Source: Eledone cirrhosa (Eukaryota). Taken from it: a stretch of 64,000 nucleotides of DNA. The notes under the pieces were generated by a model. It searched no databases and was not told the origin of the DNA. It was given only the letters and a program-made list of their open reading frames with translations. The stretch spans positions 217,682,001-217,746,000 of the forward strand of contig OZ024743.1 in NCBI GenBank assembly GCA_964016885.1, read 5' to 3'. Below are positions 10,950 to 24,300 of the stretch, one piece after another. Position 1 is the stretch's first letter. Each line of letters starts with the position of its first letter. The translations under genes and the position numbers were made by a program.

Positions 10950-11243
10950 GGCCATACATTTCAGACAACACTAAGGGAATTTTTAAAGCGACCGTCCAAC
11001 TACACGTGGGAGAGAGAAGTCACAGCGTGTTTAAGGGCAATGAACCAGTGGCCTCTGAGGGACGAGCTGCTAGAAAGGGCAGCCCAAAACCACTCAGAGA
11101 AGTGTGCTAAACCAAACAGAGAGAGAGGAAAGACTGTTATAAGGAGCGAAATATCACGATACATTAACGGAGCCATAGACTCTCGCCGTTCCCTGTAAAT
11201 AATGTGCTCAAAGGAGAGGAAATCCTAAGCTCTTTAAAATACA

Positions 11244-11298
<55 letters not shown>

Positions 11299-11302
<4 letters not shown>

Positions 11303-11359
11303 AACGAGTAGGACCCCGACGGCTGAGCTCAAGCCGTTTCGACGGCTAATTCTGGACCA

Positions 11360-11364
<5 letters not shown>
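11299..11364. repeat. Fragment of hairpin pLTR family (see 12249 and 51036) embedded in (TA)n
   Basis: TAGGAACGAGTAGGACCCCGACGGCTGAGCTCAAGCCGTTTCGACGGCTAATTCTGGACCAGAAT. Confidence 0.85.
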
Positions 11365-11414
<50 letters not shown>

Positions 11415-11847
11415 TATATATATATATATATACACATACGCATACATCCAGATACACACATACATAGACACACACACACAATACATACATCCACATGCAC
11501 ACACATACACACACACACACATATACACATACATACACCCACACACAGAGAAATGGCCTCCAAATATATATATATATATACATACACATATATTTTTTCC
11601 ATAATATAAGAAGTTGGGACAGTGAAATTAAAATACAAGTCATTCTGATCACATTGAGTTCTTCATGTAGATTGGGCCCCGCATATATATATAGATATAT
11701 GTGTGTGCACGTGCAGGGTTTAACATGGATGTGTTGGTCACCCAAAGGCATGGTCTGTCAACGAATAAACCTGATTCTACAGAATTGGTCTCTGGTCTTT
11801 AATAGTAGTGATTCCGTGCGTATGTGTGTTTATATTTTATGACAATT

Positions 11848-12207
11848 CTATTGGAGTGATAACCCGTTTAGTTTTGGTTTAAATTGGTTAAGGAATAGAT
11901 TTTCTTTGTTTATTCTTTGTTGCTGTGTGAACGCATCTGAGCACTTGTAGAAGGGGAAGATTTTAAAGTTGGGTAGTGTCATTCCTGCGCAGTTCGCAAT
12001 ATGGTTGCTCAAGGGGATTTTTCTTGTGTTAGCGTCCCGGATTTGTTGGCGGTGGATGGTCATTCTTTTGCGTAATGAGGTGCCCGTCTGTCCTATGTAG
12101 TTGTGTTTGCACCCACCGCAAGTTATTGCGTAAATCAAGTTCTCCGAGTTGCAGGTGAAATTGTTTTTTACTGTAAATGTTTGGCCATCTTTGAATGTAA
12201 ATGTTTG

Positions 12208-12208
<1 letters not shown>
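11848..12208 (-). pseudogene. PLE GIY-YIG endonuclease C-terminal fragment
   Basis: FTCNSENLIYAITCGGCKHNYIGQTGTSLRKRMTIHRQQI..LSNHI..C..RINKE..F..PKLN. Confidence 0.88.
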
Positions 12209-12248
<40 letters not shown>

Positions 12249-12253
<5 letters not shown>

Positions 12254-12460
12254 GGAACCAGTAAGACCCCGACAGCTGAGCTCAAGCCGTTTCGACGGCT
12301 AATTCTGGACGCAGAATTCTGAGTCCAGAATTAGCCGTCGAAACGGCTTGAGCTCAGCTGTCGGGGTCTTACTGGTTCCTATTACCCACTCTACTACCTC
12401 AAGTATTGAGTACTTTGGTGCGTTATGGTCCACCTGGTTCCTTACCACATTTCCTTCGTT
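12249..12460 (+). mobile_element. Fold-back pLTR insertion in (TA)n
   Basis: Perfect inverted arms 12249-12310 and 12323-12384. Right arm extends to ...CCTTCGTT then (TA)n. Confidence 0.85.
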
Positions 12461-12573
12461 ATATATATATATATATATATGAAGTGCACCCAAGTCTTTT
12501 AATGTTTTCTATGAATTTATGTATCATTGGGAGATTTTTTATTACTACTATTATTATTGTTACTATTGTTACA

Positions 12574-12787
12574 GTGGATTGGCAGTATCGGTAGACAGTC
12601 GGACGTCATGCTTTGCAGAATAGAGTTACGGCCCTTTATGATCTGAGTTCAAATCCCACCAAGGTTAACTTTTCCTGTCATCCTCACGGTGTTGATGACA
12701 TAAAGTACCAGTTACGCACTGGGTTCGATTTAATTGACTTTCACCTCCCCAAAATTGCTGGCCTTGTGCCTATATAAGAAACCATTA
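12574..12787 (+). mobile_element. SINE family 1 (longer variant)
   Basis: GTGGATTGGCAGTATCGG, GAGTTCAAATCC, 3' TTGCTGGCCTTGTGCC. Confidence 0.85.
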
Positions 12788-12904
12788 CCGTTACTATATA
12801 TAAAAATGGTCTATTACAAAATAACCGTACCCAAGCTTGTGCCTCGGATAGGAACCTTCAAAGTTACAACACATGATCATTCTTGAACTAAGAGGTTTAA
12901 GATA

Positions 12905-13315
12905 AAGAAGTAGTGAATTGGCAGAATCCTTAACGCATTATATTATTTCATTACTTTATGCTTTCAAGTCCCGCCGAGGTGAAGTTTACTTTTCATCCCT
13001 CCGGGGGCATTAAATGGAAATACCAGTAAAATACTGTGGTCGGTATAATTGCTGGTCCTGTGCTCAAATCAGACAGCATTATTATTACTGTTACCCTAAT
13101 GGATAGCATAATTGATAGATCAATGGTGAAAACACTTTGTAGCATTTAGTTACAATCGTTTAGCTTCCGAGATTAAATTGCAGCGATCTCGACTTTGCTT
13201 TTCATCCCGCTTGAATCAATAAAATATAGTTGCAATCAGGAATTGAATCGTTTCAATCTATTATTACCTTTCTGAAAATTATAGCCACATTCCTAATTTA
13301 AAAATCAGTACAATT
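12905..13315 (+). mobile_element. Two older, diverged SINE copies
   Basis: Residual TTCAAGTCCCGCCGAGG, CTTTTCATCCC and TTGCTGGTCCTGTGC motifs. Confidence 0.6.
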
Positions 13316-13524
13316 ATACTAGAGGGTGTAGTTAGCCGAATATGTAAAGGATCGAATTTAAAACCTTGGGGATACAGTTACGTTTCTGTCGTATAGGTTA
13401 CATACGACTTCTATGGACAAGATTACAAATGTAATTCTTCGCATGTAAATGGATGAGTATGTGTGTATATGTGTGACGTCCGAACAATATCCTCCACCTC
13501 CAAATATTTTACCCTCCACCTCTT

Positions 13525-13660
13525 GGTCCCGGTTGGCAGGATGTAGAATAAGTTTTCCCGGAGGACGGTGAGGGAGACTCGCTGGAACAGCCACTCGTCC
13601 TCGCGTGGCTGGCATATTCGGGCAGCCAACTTCGCTCCGATAGCAGTGAGCAGTTTGTAA
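13525..13660 (-). pseudogene. Short C-terminal remnant of a CRE-like RLE retrotransposon
   Basis: LLTAIGAKLAAR..PRE.EWLFQRVSLTVLRENL resembles the QRLSxAxQRGNA terminal motif of CRE-type elements. Confidence 0.5.
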
Positions 13661-14034
13661 TATTGCTTCCAGTCCCTTAATGTTCCGAATTCATATCCTG
13701 TTGGGGTCGATCTTGTTTTTGATTCTATCGAAGTTGATAAATATAATACCATGACTGATGGGGGACATTAATGCAACGGTTAGAGCACAGGGCTAAATGA
13801 TTTGTAATACTTCTTTTGTTTTTTACATCATGGGTGCCCAGGAAAGTGTTTCGAAATTGTTGATATCTAACCGACAAATGGTGTCTTGCAAAAATATTAG
13901 AAGTCGACGGAAGAACACTTTTGTATTCTCCCATGATAATTAAATGAGTCAAAGCTTGTAAAAGAAGTTACTAGATATCCTTTGACAACATGGGAACGTA
14001 AGGAAAGAGACGCGTACGTAAGAAATCATTATTA

Positions 14035-14445
14035 TGACTCGCTGAAATGTTAGAGCCTCGGACCAAATACCTTACGGGATTTCTTTATGACAAATTACAT
14101 TGTGTGGTCAATAAAATAGCGTACCAGTAAACTGCATGAGATGATTTAATTGACTAATACGCTCTCTCAAATGTTGGCTTTGTGCCTATTTTAAGAATAA
14201 TTATCAACATCAATATCCTTGAACGTCATAAATTGGTAGAATCATTAGACCGCCAGAAAAATGCTTTCTGTTATTTGCTCCGGTTCATTAAGTCTTGAAT
14301 TCATATCCCGTCGATCTCAATGTTGACGTGAATCTGTCCCTGTTCGTTGAAATAAAGTAACACTCACGTATTGAGTGGATGTAATACCCCCCCCCCCCCC
14401 AAAAAAAAACATTTGCTTGCTTTGTGGCTGAATTAGACATCATCA
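14035..14445 (+). mobile_element. Two highly diverged SINE remnants
   Basis: Partial matches (GTACCAGTAA, TTGGCTTTGTGCCTA, TTGGTAGAATCATTAGA, GAATTCATATCCCG). Confidence 0.5.
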
Positions 14446-15039
14446 TTACCGATATTCTTTTATTATTGTTGTTATTTTTGGTGATGGTGATTGTGGTGGT
14501 GGTGGTGGTGATTGTGGTGATGGTAGTGGTGCTGGAGGTGGTGGTCCTGTTGATGGTTGTGGCGATGGTTGAGGAGATGAGGGGGTGGAAGTGATGGTGC
14601 TGGAGGGGGGGGGGGGATTGTGGTAGAGGTGATGATAATCAATTGCTACTGTTCATGGTGGTTGATTTTGTAAAACTTCATGTCTAGAATTTAGCTCGTA
14701 CTTGCTAAAATGACAAAAATATTAGCTATTCGGCAAATGTTCTAAAACGAAACCTAGACTTTTTTTGCACGTCTGGGAAAGTACCAAATTCGTGAATGGC
14801 GCGAATAAGACTGACAAAAAATTACAATATGGTTGAATGCCATAAAAGCATTGATATCACACCTCCTTTGGCTCGGGGTAACAAGTGGCATATTCAGGCA
14901 ATAGATAGAGGGGCCTGTACGAAATATATATTGCATTCTATACCCAACGTTGTGAGAACTGGCGAAGACCCTGCAACCTATACTGTGAGACGTGGATGGA
15001 TGCACAAAACTTAGGTATCCCGAGACCCCAAAGATGTTC

Positions 15040-15670
15040 TAGAAGGGAGGAAACCTTAACAATTGGCAACTGGAATGTTCCAACTCTTACAGGTAAGGAG
15101 CAGGAATTAATGGAGGAGGCCATATGCTACCGGTTACATATAGTCGAGAGGTGCTCAACAAAATTCCGTAATTCTGTTACTGTAGTTTTGGATGGTATAT
15201 AGAAATTATTCAGCTATGGGACCAGATCTGTCCGGAGATAATCATGTCATATCTGGCTCTCCAGATGAATAGTGTCGGAATGTGTTATGAACTGGATCTC
15301 AATAGGAGGGAGGATTTGTCTCTTGATGCTTGGGCAGGAAATAAAGTATCTGCTGCTGGTGCAAGTATATCCGCGAAACAGAGAGTCCGAATAGAAATGC
15401 TTCCTTGATCAAGTTACTGCAGCGTTAGATGTAGTTAAGATTGAGTCATATATATTAATGGAAGGTTTTAATTAATATGTTGGCAGAGACGCCCGAATGA
15501 AAAGGAGTGATTGAAGGGATGACTCAACCTGAATACGAACGAAAAGGCCTTATTAAGATGTTTTTTCTTGTAATGGGCTCTCAATTAGTAACATCTTCTT
15601 CTAACACAAAGGCATCCATAAATACACTTGGTAAAAGGGACATCGGGGATAGAGCTCATTCGATAAATTA
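15040..15670 (+). pseudogene. Degenerate APE-endonuclease fragment of an RTE-type LINE
   Basis: LTIGNWNVPTLTGKEQEL, VQVYP, SISNIFF..K.IHKYTW; many stops. Confidence 0.7.
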
Positions 15671-15839
15671 GTAGAGACGCTGTCTGTCATATGGCGTGTT
15701 TGGGCAATTAAATCTGGCAGATCCTATCCGTATTCCAGTCTAAATATGGCCGATTTCTTCCAGAGAATCAATGAAGAAACGATGTAGAAAACAAGAGAGA
15801 GATTGAGTAAACATCTATCACAGTGTTAGAACAATATTC

Positions 15840-15962
15840 TATTTACCACAATCGAGAGAATGAAAAGCAAAGTTGACCTCAACGGATTTGAACTCAGAGA
15901 CTCGGAAGTAAAACTGCAACACATTATATCCAACGTTCTCGCGATTTGACCAATTTGCCAAC
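15840..15962 (-). mobile_element. Diverged SINE
   Basis: GAATGAAAAGCAAAGTTGACCTCAACGGATTTGAACTCAG. Confidence 0.7.
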
Positions 15963-16093
15963 TAGCGAACGAATATATTCAATAATGGTCAGTGCAGGTG
16001 AGGATTCCACAACCTTTGCTGTATAACGACGTAAAAGTAATGGCAAATATATTATTTACACTAGATTCAATTTAATGTAGCGGCACGGACATT

Positions 16094-16169
<76 letters not shown>

Positions 16170-16195
16170 TGGTAGTGGTAGTAGTAGTAGTAGTA
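16094..16195. repeat. (GTA)n microsatellite
   Basis: Direct reading. Confidence 0.95.
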
Positions 16196-16485
16196 CTATG
16201 GACAGTTGTTGTGATGGTAATTGTTGCTACGGGAAGGGATCCGTTACTTGAATAGCGTGATGTAATGAAACAGATTGCGTGTATTGCTTGGAACTTCTCT
16301 ATGGATAAAAGTTTATTTGTATACTGTTCAGAAGCATTTATGAAGATATGACTCCATCATAAACAAGCATGTTTATATTTGCATATATATATATATATAT
16401 ATATATATGTAATATAATTGTTTCTACTTTTAGCACAAGGCCAGAAATTACTCAGTGTATTACTGGTATTTATATATGTAATATA

Positions 16486-16602
<117 letters not shown>

Positions 16603-16734
16603 ATATGTATATATTTATATGTGTGAATATACATACACATACAGAACCATTCTCGTACTTTCACACACAAAAACTGATTGTTTTATATACACAAATGAAA
16701 ACATACTTAGCTATATGTAAATATATACATAAAC

Positions 16735-16769
<35 letters not shown>

Positions 16770-17025
16770 TGTGTGTGTGTGTCATCAAATCTATAATGGC
16801 TCTAGTTAATCATATAAGTTGTATACGTTATACTAGACCACTACACACGCATACGTAAATATATAATTCATTAATATTTATTCATGTATACATTACCTTT
16901 GTGCAGCATAGTATAGATACAAGCTGTGTACAATATTAAATCACGTAAGTGTATGTAAGTATTTTTATCTTTTTTTCCCTCGTCTCCCTCTCTCACTAGC
17001 TAGCTCTCTATCCCTCTATCACTCA

Positions 17026-17062
<37 letters not shown>

Positions 17063-18366
17063 ATAAGAAGAAATTGACGGACCCAGCTTATTTTATATCA
17101 GCGCACTCAATGGGCAATGTAAGATACATTCCCAGAGTATACACATCCGTCTGCATATATTATGCAACAATTCACAATCGGCTCATGCGGCTTCATGAGC
17201 AGGTATCGCCTAATCAATAACAAATCGGTCGACAGAATCCGAACACCAGCCCATGCCGGTCATGACTGTTTGTGACGACTGACACGGTAAACCGATTAGC
17301 AACTGGCACCCGATAAGATTCTATCTCTCGGCCAGCCATCGATTTACAAATATTACGTGGCGGCGGGTAGCTAAAAGAATCAATCTTTTCGTTCCCATCA
17401 AAAGCCCTAAGCCAACGTGTCTCACACACAAATTATTAAGAGGTGAAAAGATGGCTATTAGTAATAACAGTTAACATTGATGGTAGCATTCGGCTCATGT
17501 CTCCAAGCCCCATGGCTAGAGGAAAACGATGGTAACAAGGGTAGTGCCAAGAAACTTTAACGGACTTTAAATGCATTATAGAGCAATATCCATTATAGCG
17601 CAATATAGTAGCGAGCTGAAATGTGTCAGCCGCGTGCGTAGAGAACCAGTCTATTTCACAACTTAAAAGAGTGAGAGACAAAATTAATAGCAGGAAAATA
17701 GAGTGCATATCAAAACAAAACACAATAAAAAAGTGAAAAATTGTTTAACTTACTCTCAATAGTCCGCTAGTTGGGAGATAATAATAATAAGGAGTTGACG
17801 GACCCATCATATTTAACAATGCCAGTACTGGTTGTATCTCAGGATATATATGGTTCATTCCTCATCAATGAGGGTCGAGGACTATGAGCATTTGCACCAA
17901 TGTTCTTCTACATTGTGTAGCATTCCATGATTCCCGTCAAGAAAAATTAAAGTGATCTGATGCCGAGTGCTCGCCTGATCATTGTTCTGAAGCTGGCTAC
18001 CAAGCCGCAGCTTTTCCATCTTCATTTCAACGATAGGTGGTCACCAAGATTACAGAGAAGTCCCATTACACCGGTTTTGAAAGCAAACTCACTCTTCTCA
18101 TAGTTATACTTCCACCTAAGGCTAACGAGTTCGGTCTATCCATTATGTTCTTTTGTTGTTTTTTTTTACAGATTTATTGGGGTTGCCGGATCAGTCCCTG
18201 ATGACCCGACCGAAAGAAAAACTGTATTGGGCTATATGTTACCAGTCGTGCTCGAGAGCTACTACCATATATATATAGGTGATGTAGATAGCCTTGTAAG
18301 CATGTTGCAATATATTGTACTCCTTGTTGTTATTTACTTTTCCAATATATACACGTATATATACAC

Positions 18367-18418
<52 letters not shown>

Positions 18419-18425
<7 letters not shown>

Positions 18426-18487
18426 TTAAAATAACAGATTAAAGTTTAAGAAAACAATCGCTGCTTTCACCCTTAATTGGATCTTCA
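18419..18487 (-). repeat. Fragment of the CAGAAGA-HHR pLTR family
   Basis: Matches 32324-32390. Confidence 0.8.
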
Positions 18488-18489
18488 CA

Positions 18490-19810
18490 TTTATTATTAT
18501 TACTTTCATTATTGTTTCTGATATATATGTCAAGTGTCTTCCCGACACCTAGGGCAAATAAATTCACGGTGTGCATTGGTAAGCCAGTTAATACAGCACA
18601 TTGATTAAAAAAAAAAAAAAAAAAAAAAGAACAGTATACATATATACTCATGTGCATATGCATATGTAAATACAAGGTGGGTTATCAATCTTACAGAGAT
18701 AGTGCTCTTCTCAATACGTGTGCAGTACCAGTCAAAACATTTTTTTGCACCTCGTACAGAGAGGGAAAACCAGGAATCATTCGCATATTTTGTTCTGTTC
18801 CTTTCTTGATCATACACAATCGTCCCACAATCACTGGTATTGTAACGGCCTTGAGGTACCACATTTTCTCAATTTCAATAAGCATATCTTTATATTTTCG
18901 TAGCTTGTCAAACTCTTTTGCCGCGATCACATGGGATGCTCATATCTATCAACAAACAGACCATGTTATGTTGATCTTTTATAATGTTAGATCTATTTGC
19001 TTTTATGGTCCTGTCAGTATGTACAGGAAGTCCCAGAGAATTGTTACTTTTTCTCCTTCAGTCACAGCCTCAGGGTGATGGTTGTACCACTTGTCTTCAG
19101 CTTTGATTTTATAATGCCGACATATTACCCAGTGTAGATATTGACCAACTTTGTCACGTCTATATTAGTATTCTACTGGTGCTAAAACTTTACATCCAGA
19201 GACTAAGTGATCCACTGTTTCAACCCCAGCATTGCAGAATCGGTACTTTGGGTTTATTCCGTTTCTCATCACATTGGCCTGGTAATTGCGAGTCAATAAG
19301 CTTTGATTTTGGGCAGCTAAGATGAAGCCTTCACTCTCCGCCTTTAGCCCTGAACTACGTAGCCACTATGGGTGTGCTTTTGATCAATATCAGCTTGTTT
19401 TCTAGGGGCCACAGAGGTTTCTGCTCCCAATTTGAAGCTAATTGTCCTTGCCCTTTTGCCTTTGCCAGTGATTTTATGTGCCTAGCATCATCAGTTGCAT
19501 CAGTTTCTTTAGTATGTCCAGCCTGGGTATCAAGCATGAGATCAGTAGCATATTTTTTGCTCTCCTTCAAGATATAATGAAGCTTCTTACTTCTCTCAAG
19601 CTATTCAACAAGTTTCAGCATACAGTCGTTAGTTGTTTGAAGGTATTTGGCCAGTCCAATGATGGTGGTCTTGTAAGCAAGTTCAAATTGGATCAGGCCG
19701 CAGCCTCCCTGAGTTCTAGGAAGGTAAAGACGATCCACATCTGCTTATGGGTCGTGTAACCTATTACAGGTCAGTAGCTTACGGACTTTGGTGTCAATTC
19801 TTTTGATTTT
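18490..19810 (-). mobile_element. Degenerate R4/Dong-like element, 3' part (related to 1-1864 family)
   Basis: SSGLKAE.EGFILAAQNQSLLTRNYQ, RFC..VETVDHLVSGC, YLHWVICRHY, ILWDF, KLRKYKDMLIEIEKMW, VLTGTAHVLRRALSL*; AAT-rich tail near 18490. Confidence 0.85.
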
Positions 19811-19821
19811 ACTCATATTCC

Positions 19822-19864
<43 letters not shown>

Positions 19865-19865
<1 letters not shown>

Positions 19866-21311
19866 CTGGTTCGGACCGGACCTCCAGATGGAGAAAAACT
19901 GGAACGAGGTGACGAGCAGGGTGGCCTCCCTCACCCAGAAATGGGCTGAGAGGAAGCTGTCCCTGAAAGGCCGGGCGGAAGTGGCGAATGCGTACATCGC
20001 ATCCGTCATCTGCTACCGCCTCACCGTCGTCCCTTGCTCCAGCCCAATTCTCACCAAAATGGAGCGCCTCCTCTTCCGCATTTTGTGGAAGGGACGCGCT
20101 CCCATGGTCAGACGATCCATCTGCTGTCAACACCCGTTGCGTGGAGGACTGGGCATGCCATGGCTAATGATGCGCAAACATGCGCTGATGCTGCGACATC
20201 TCTGGTGCTTCCTTGATGGTGAACGGGTGTGGTCGCCGTTCGCCAGGCACATTTTCCTACAGCTCGTCTCCTTGACGGAGCTGCAGTCCTGGGTCAGTAA
20301 AAGACCGAGGGATAGCGCTTGGAAACTGGAATGTCTCCAGGCGCTCATTGCCCTCTCCCAGTTGGGCACCAGTATCGGTGGAACATCCACCTCGGCGTTC
20401 TATAGAGGACTAGTGGAGGGGAAGAGCGACGACGTTCTCGGAGAGATCCTGGGTGTCGAAGAAGATCAGCTGCTTGCTCTCTTCCGGAGTACTTTCAGCC
20501 GGGGGCCTATGGTTAACTTCCAAAAATCCCTGGCCTGGCAGTGTTACCGGGAAGCGCTGCCGGTTCGAGATAAGCTCTACAGGCACGGAAGTGCCGTCAG
20601 CCGAGCCTGTCCGAGATGCGCGCATAGCGACGAAACCGTTGTGCACGCACTCGTTCAGTGCCCGAGCATTGCTGACTTGTGGAGCTATGTCGAACAGTTG
20701 CTGTCACGTGTGGGACTGATCCGGTTGTCGACTGAGTCCATTGTGCTGATGGTCTCACCGTCTTCCTTTGAGGAGGAAGGGCAGGCGGTTTGCATCTGCC
20801 TGGTGGCCATGGCGAAAGAGATTGTGTGGTGGACAGGGTTAAAAGGATTAAAGACAAACACTTTCCTCTTCGGCGAATCCCTGATTAACTTTTTCAAGTT
20901 TCACTTGAAGAGGAAAATCAGGATGGAGAGGCAAGTGCTGCTTTCTAGCAAGTTTGTTGAAAGGTGGGTGAATGTAGCGAGAATGGTCTGAATGAACGGG
21001 ACCACTCTGAATATACGTCTGTAGTTTGAGAGATGGAAAAATTGAGAGAGGGCGCTTGCCCTGGTAGTCAGGGTGGCCGTGGTCTTTTGTGTGGTTTTCG
21101 CCACGAGTAACCCTCGGAGGTTTCCCCCCTATTGGGGAATTTTTTATTGTTTCAATTTTCATTTTATTGTTTATATATATATATGTTTTATGTCTTTTTT
21201 CTTTTCTTATATAAATAATAAAAATATTTACACGCACAAAACTCACATCGCACCGTCCTGTTCCGTCTGTGATGTTTTTCTTGATGTCAGCCCTTGTGGC
21301 CAATAAAGAAA

Positions 21312-21312
<1 letters not shown>
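19865..21312 (+). mobile_element. 5'-truncated L1/Tx1-type LINE flanked by (ATT)n on both sides
   Basis: ORF 19888-20991 (W..RKLSLKGRA, GGLGMP, CPRCAHSDETVVHALVQCP); AATAAA then (ATT)n tail; homologous to 46.3-47.7 kb. Confidence 0.9.

Positions 21313-21368
<56 letters not shown>
21313..21368. repeat. (ATT)n tract shared by the Tx1 tail (+) and the R4 tail (-)
   Basis: Direct reading. Confidence 0.95.
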
Positions 21369-21369
<1 letters not shown>

Positions 21370-24300
21370 TAATGTTATTACTCTTTGAGTCTCAGACATT
21401 GATGTTAGTTAACTGGAAAGTTTGTTGAAATGAATATCAAGCCACTACCTGCAGCCTCAGATATTCAGGACGTATCGGAGGGTTCTTGCTGTTCCCATCA
21501 AGCATGTCTTTTGAAGCGTTCCAAAAAGCGCAAAGGGGCCAATTTTCTTTAACCATCCCTGGAAACTTTTTGAGATAGTCCCTAGTGCGCCTATGACAAT
21601 CGGGATCACTTTGACTTCATGGCAGTTCCAAATCCTTTTTACCTCCCAATTTAAGTCCTGGTATCGGTTAATTTTCTCCCTCTCCTTCTCTTGCACTCTC
21701 GTGTCGAATGGGCAGGCCACATCCACAATCAGGCACGATCTTTTTTCTTTGTCCAAAACCACCAGGTCAGGTGTATTGTGTTCCAGTTTCTTGTCCGTCT
21801 GTATCCTAAAATCCCACAGCACCTTCACCTGATCGTTTTCTATCACCGCCTCTGGCTTATGCTCATACCACTTCTCAGAATGGGGTAAATTGTTTACTTT
21901 GCATAGGTGCCAGTGGATCACCCTGCCCATTACATCATGTCTCCAGCTCTTATAGTGAGTCTGGGCTAGGTGTTTACACTCGGATACAATGTGAGCCACA
22001 GTCTCCTCTCTCTCTCCACAGATCCTGCACAATGGGCTAGCTTCCTCCTTGTAAATGTGGTGTTTCAACCACTTCGTTTTGAGGGCCTGCTCCTGCGCAG
22101 CCATTAACATTCCTTCTGTAGCCTTTTTAAGGTCTCCTCTTTTCAACCAGTTCCATGTCTGTGGATCTCTAAATTCAGTTTTCTAAAAGAAGGTACTATG
22201 AAGGGATTTTTCCTGAAGGCTGCTCTTTCTCCTTGATGTTATTTCCTCCTTGGACATCCCCAGACCTATTGTCCCCTCCTTCAGTACAGTTCTGAGCATT
22301 GGCTCCTTACTATCAGTCACGTATTTGTGTAGGTTGTTTTTCTCCATCTGAACACAGTCCTCTATGCTGATAAGACCTCTTCTACCTTCAGCTCTCCTTA
22401 AGTAGAGTCTATCGACATCACTCCTCTTGTGGAACATATTGTAGATAGTCAATAGTTTCCTAGTCTTCCTAGCCATTTCTTTTTGTTCGGCAACATTCCA
22501 TCTCAGAATTCCCGCACTGTACCTAATAATAGACACAGCTCGGGAATTTACTGCACTTATGGCATTCCTACTGCTCAGATGTGACTTTAATACGCTCCTT
22601 ACTCTCCGAAGGTATTCAGTTCTTATCAATTCCTTCATTTTTTGTTCTTGATGTCATCAGCCTCCAGAACGCCCAAATACTTGTATCCTTCCTCAGAGTC
22701 AATTTCCTTTATCATCTCACCTGTTGGTATCTGGATTCCGTTACTTCTGCTCAACTTACCCCTCCTCATCACAATGACTCCACACTTACTAATACCAATT
22801 GCTGAAAATACGGACAGTGTGAACAAGCACATCCAACTCCTTCTCACTCTTCCCGAAGAGCTTAAGATCGTCCATGAAGAGGAGGTGATTGATGGTAAGC
22901 CCGCCCTTTCCCAACCTCTATCCTGCTCTCACTTTTCGCAGTACACTGGTCAGGGGCATCAGGGCAAGGACAAACAACAGAGGGGACAGACTATCTCCCT
23001 GGATGATACCTCTCTTGATCTTCACGCTTCCCAAGGATTCTCCAGTTGATGTTAACTCTGTTTCCCAGGACTTCATACTTTTGCCCAACAACTGTCTGAT
23101 GTTATCTGCCACCTTGAAGATCTCCAGGCTTTTGGTGATCCAAGAATGAGGCACCATGTCAAATGCCTTTTTGTAGTCCATCCATCCCATGGCAAGAGCA
23201 GTGTGTCTCCTCTGGCAATTCCTCATTACCATCTTATCAATAAGTAACTGGTCCTTTGTACCACGTGACTTCTTTCGGCATCCTTTCTGTTCGTCCGGTA
23301 ACAAGTTGTTTGTGTGGAGGTGATGGTAGATTTCCTCAGACACAATGCTCGTCAACAGTTTCCACATTACTGACAGACATGTGATAGGTCTATAGTTGGT
23401 AACATCATTACCCTTGATTCGGTCTTTCATTATCAGAACTGTGGTACCTTTTGTCAACCACTCTGGTACCTCACCTGACATCAAGCAGTCATTGAACATG
23501 GTTGTCAGTTTCAGGTGGAGGGATGTTATGTTTTTAATCCAATGCCCCTGCACACCATCTGGGCCATGTGATTTCCAGTTGGTTAGTTTTTTGGCCTGCC
23601 CCTTAAGAGTTTCAACTGTGATACTCAAATCACTTTGTTGGTGTGCCTGTTCACTGATCTCCTTCTGTACTGTCTCAATCCACACTGCCTGGTCATTATG
23701 TTTAACATCCTGCTCCCATATTCCTCTCCAGAATGTTTTAGTTTGTTCCGCCTCAGGGATCAAGGCGTTGCCTCTTTCTTTCCCTTCAAGCTGTCCAAAC
23801 AGCATCTTCTGGCTGTTGTCGAACATGCGGTTCTGTCTATACTGACTGACTCTGTTCTCGTATCGCCTGATTTTTGCACTCTTTGCTACAATGCGTTGCT
23901 TCAGTTCCTCTATGATAATATTTAGCTTTTTCCTCCTAGCTTTGTACTTTATTTCCAGTCTATTTTTAGTGTCTATGTTTTTTAGTGTCCCATTCAATAG
24001 GGACTCAAGCTTTCCAATGTCATTTCTCATTTCCCTGATTTGACCACTCAGTCGTTTCTTCCACCAAGGCTCTTCTCTTTCTTGTCTGTTGTTTCCTCTC
24101 GCTTTTATACCAAGTAGTTTCCTCACTGTATTTGCTGTTGCTTTGAGGATATTGTTGCACTGGTGAAGGCTCCTCGCCTCAAGTTATGGGATGACTTTGT
24201 TTACCTTAGCTGTTGTTTCTTTTAACTTTTTCCTGTCTACAAATCTTAGGTTCATAGGTCTCCCACTATCATTGTTCAATTCATCTACCACTAAGTTTAG

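Noticed and set aside
11234-11842. Many ORFs rich in YI, CV, HT or poly-I/N here and at 16.5, 32-37, 51-52 and 56-61 kb
   Set aside because: They are translations of (TA)n, (CA)n and (AAT)n microsatellites.
17214-17429. Possible APE fragment (VCETRW)
   Set aside because: Single short motif with no further support.
18192-18232. CTGATGA..GAAA hammerhead-like motif
   Set aside because: No convincing stem II or stem III; decayed at best.
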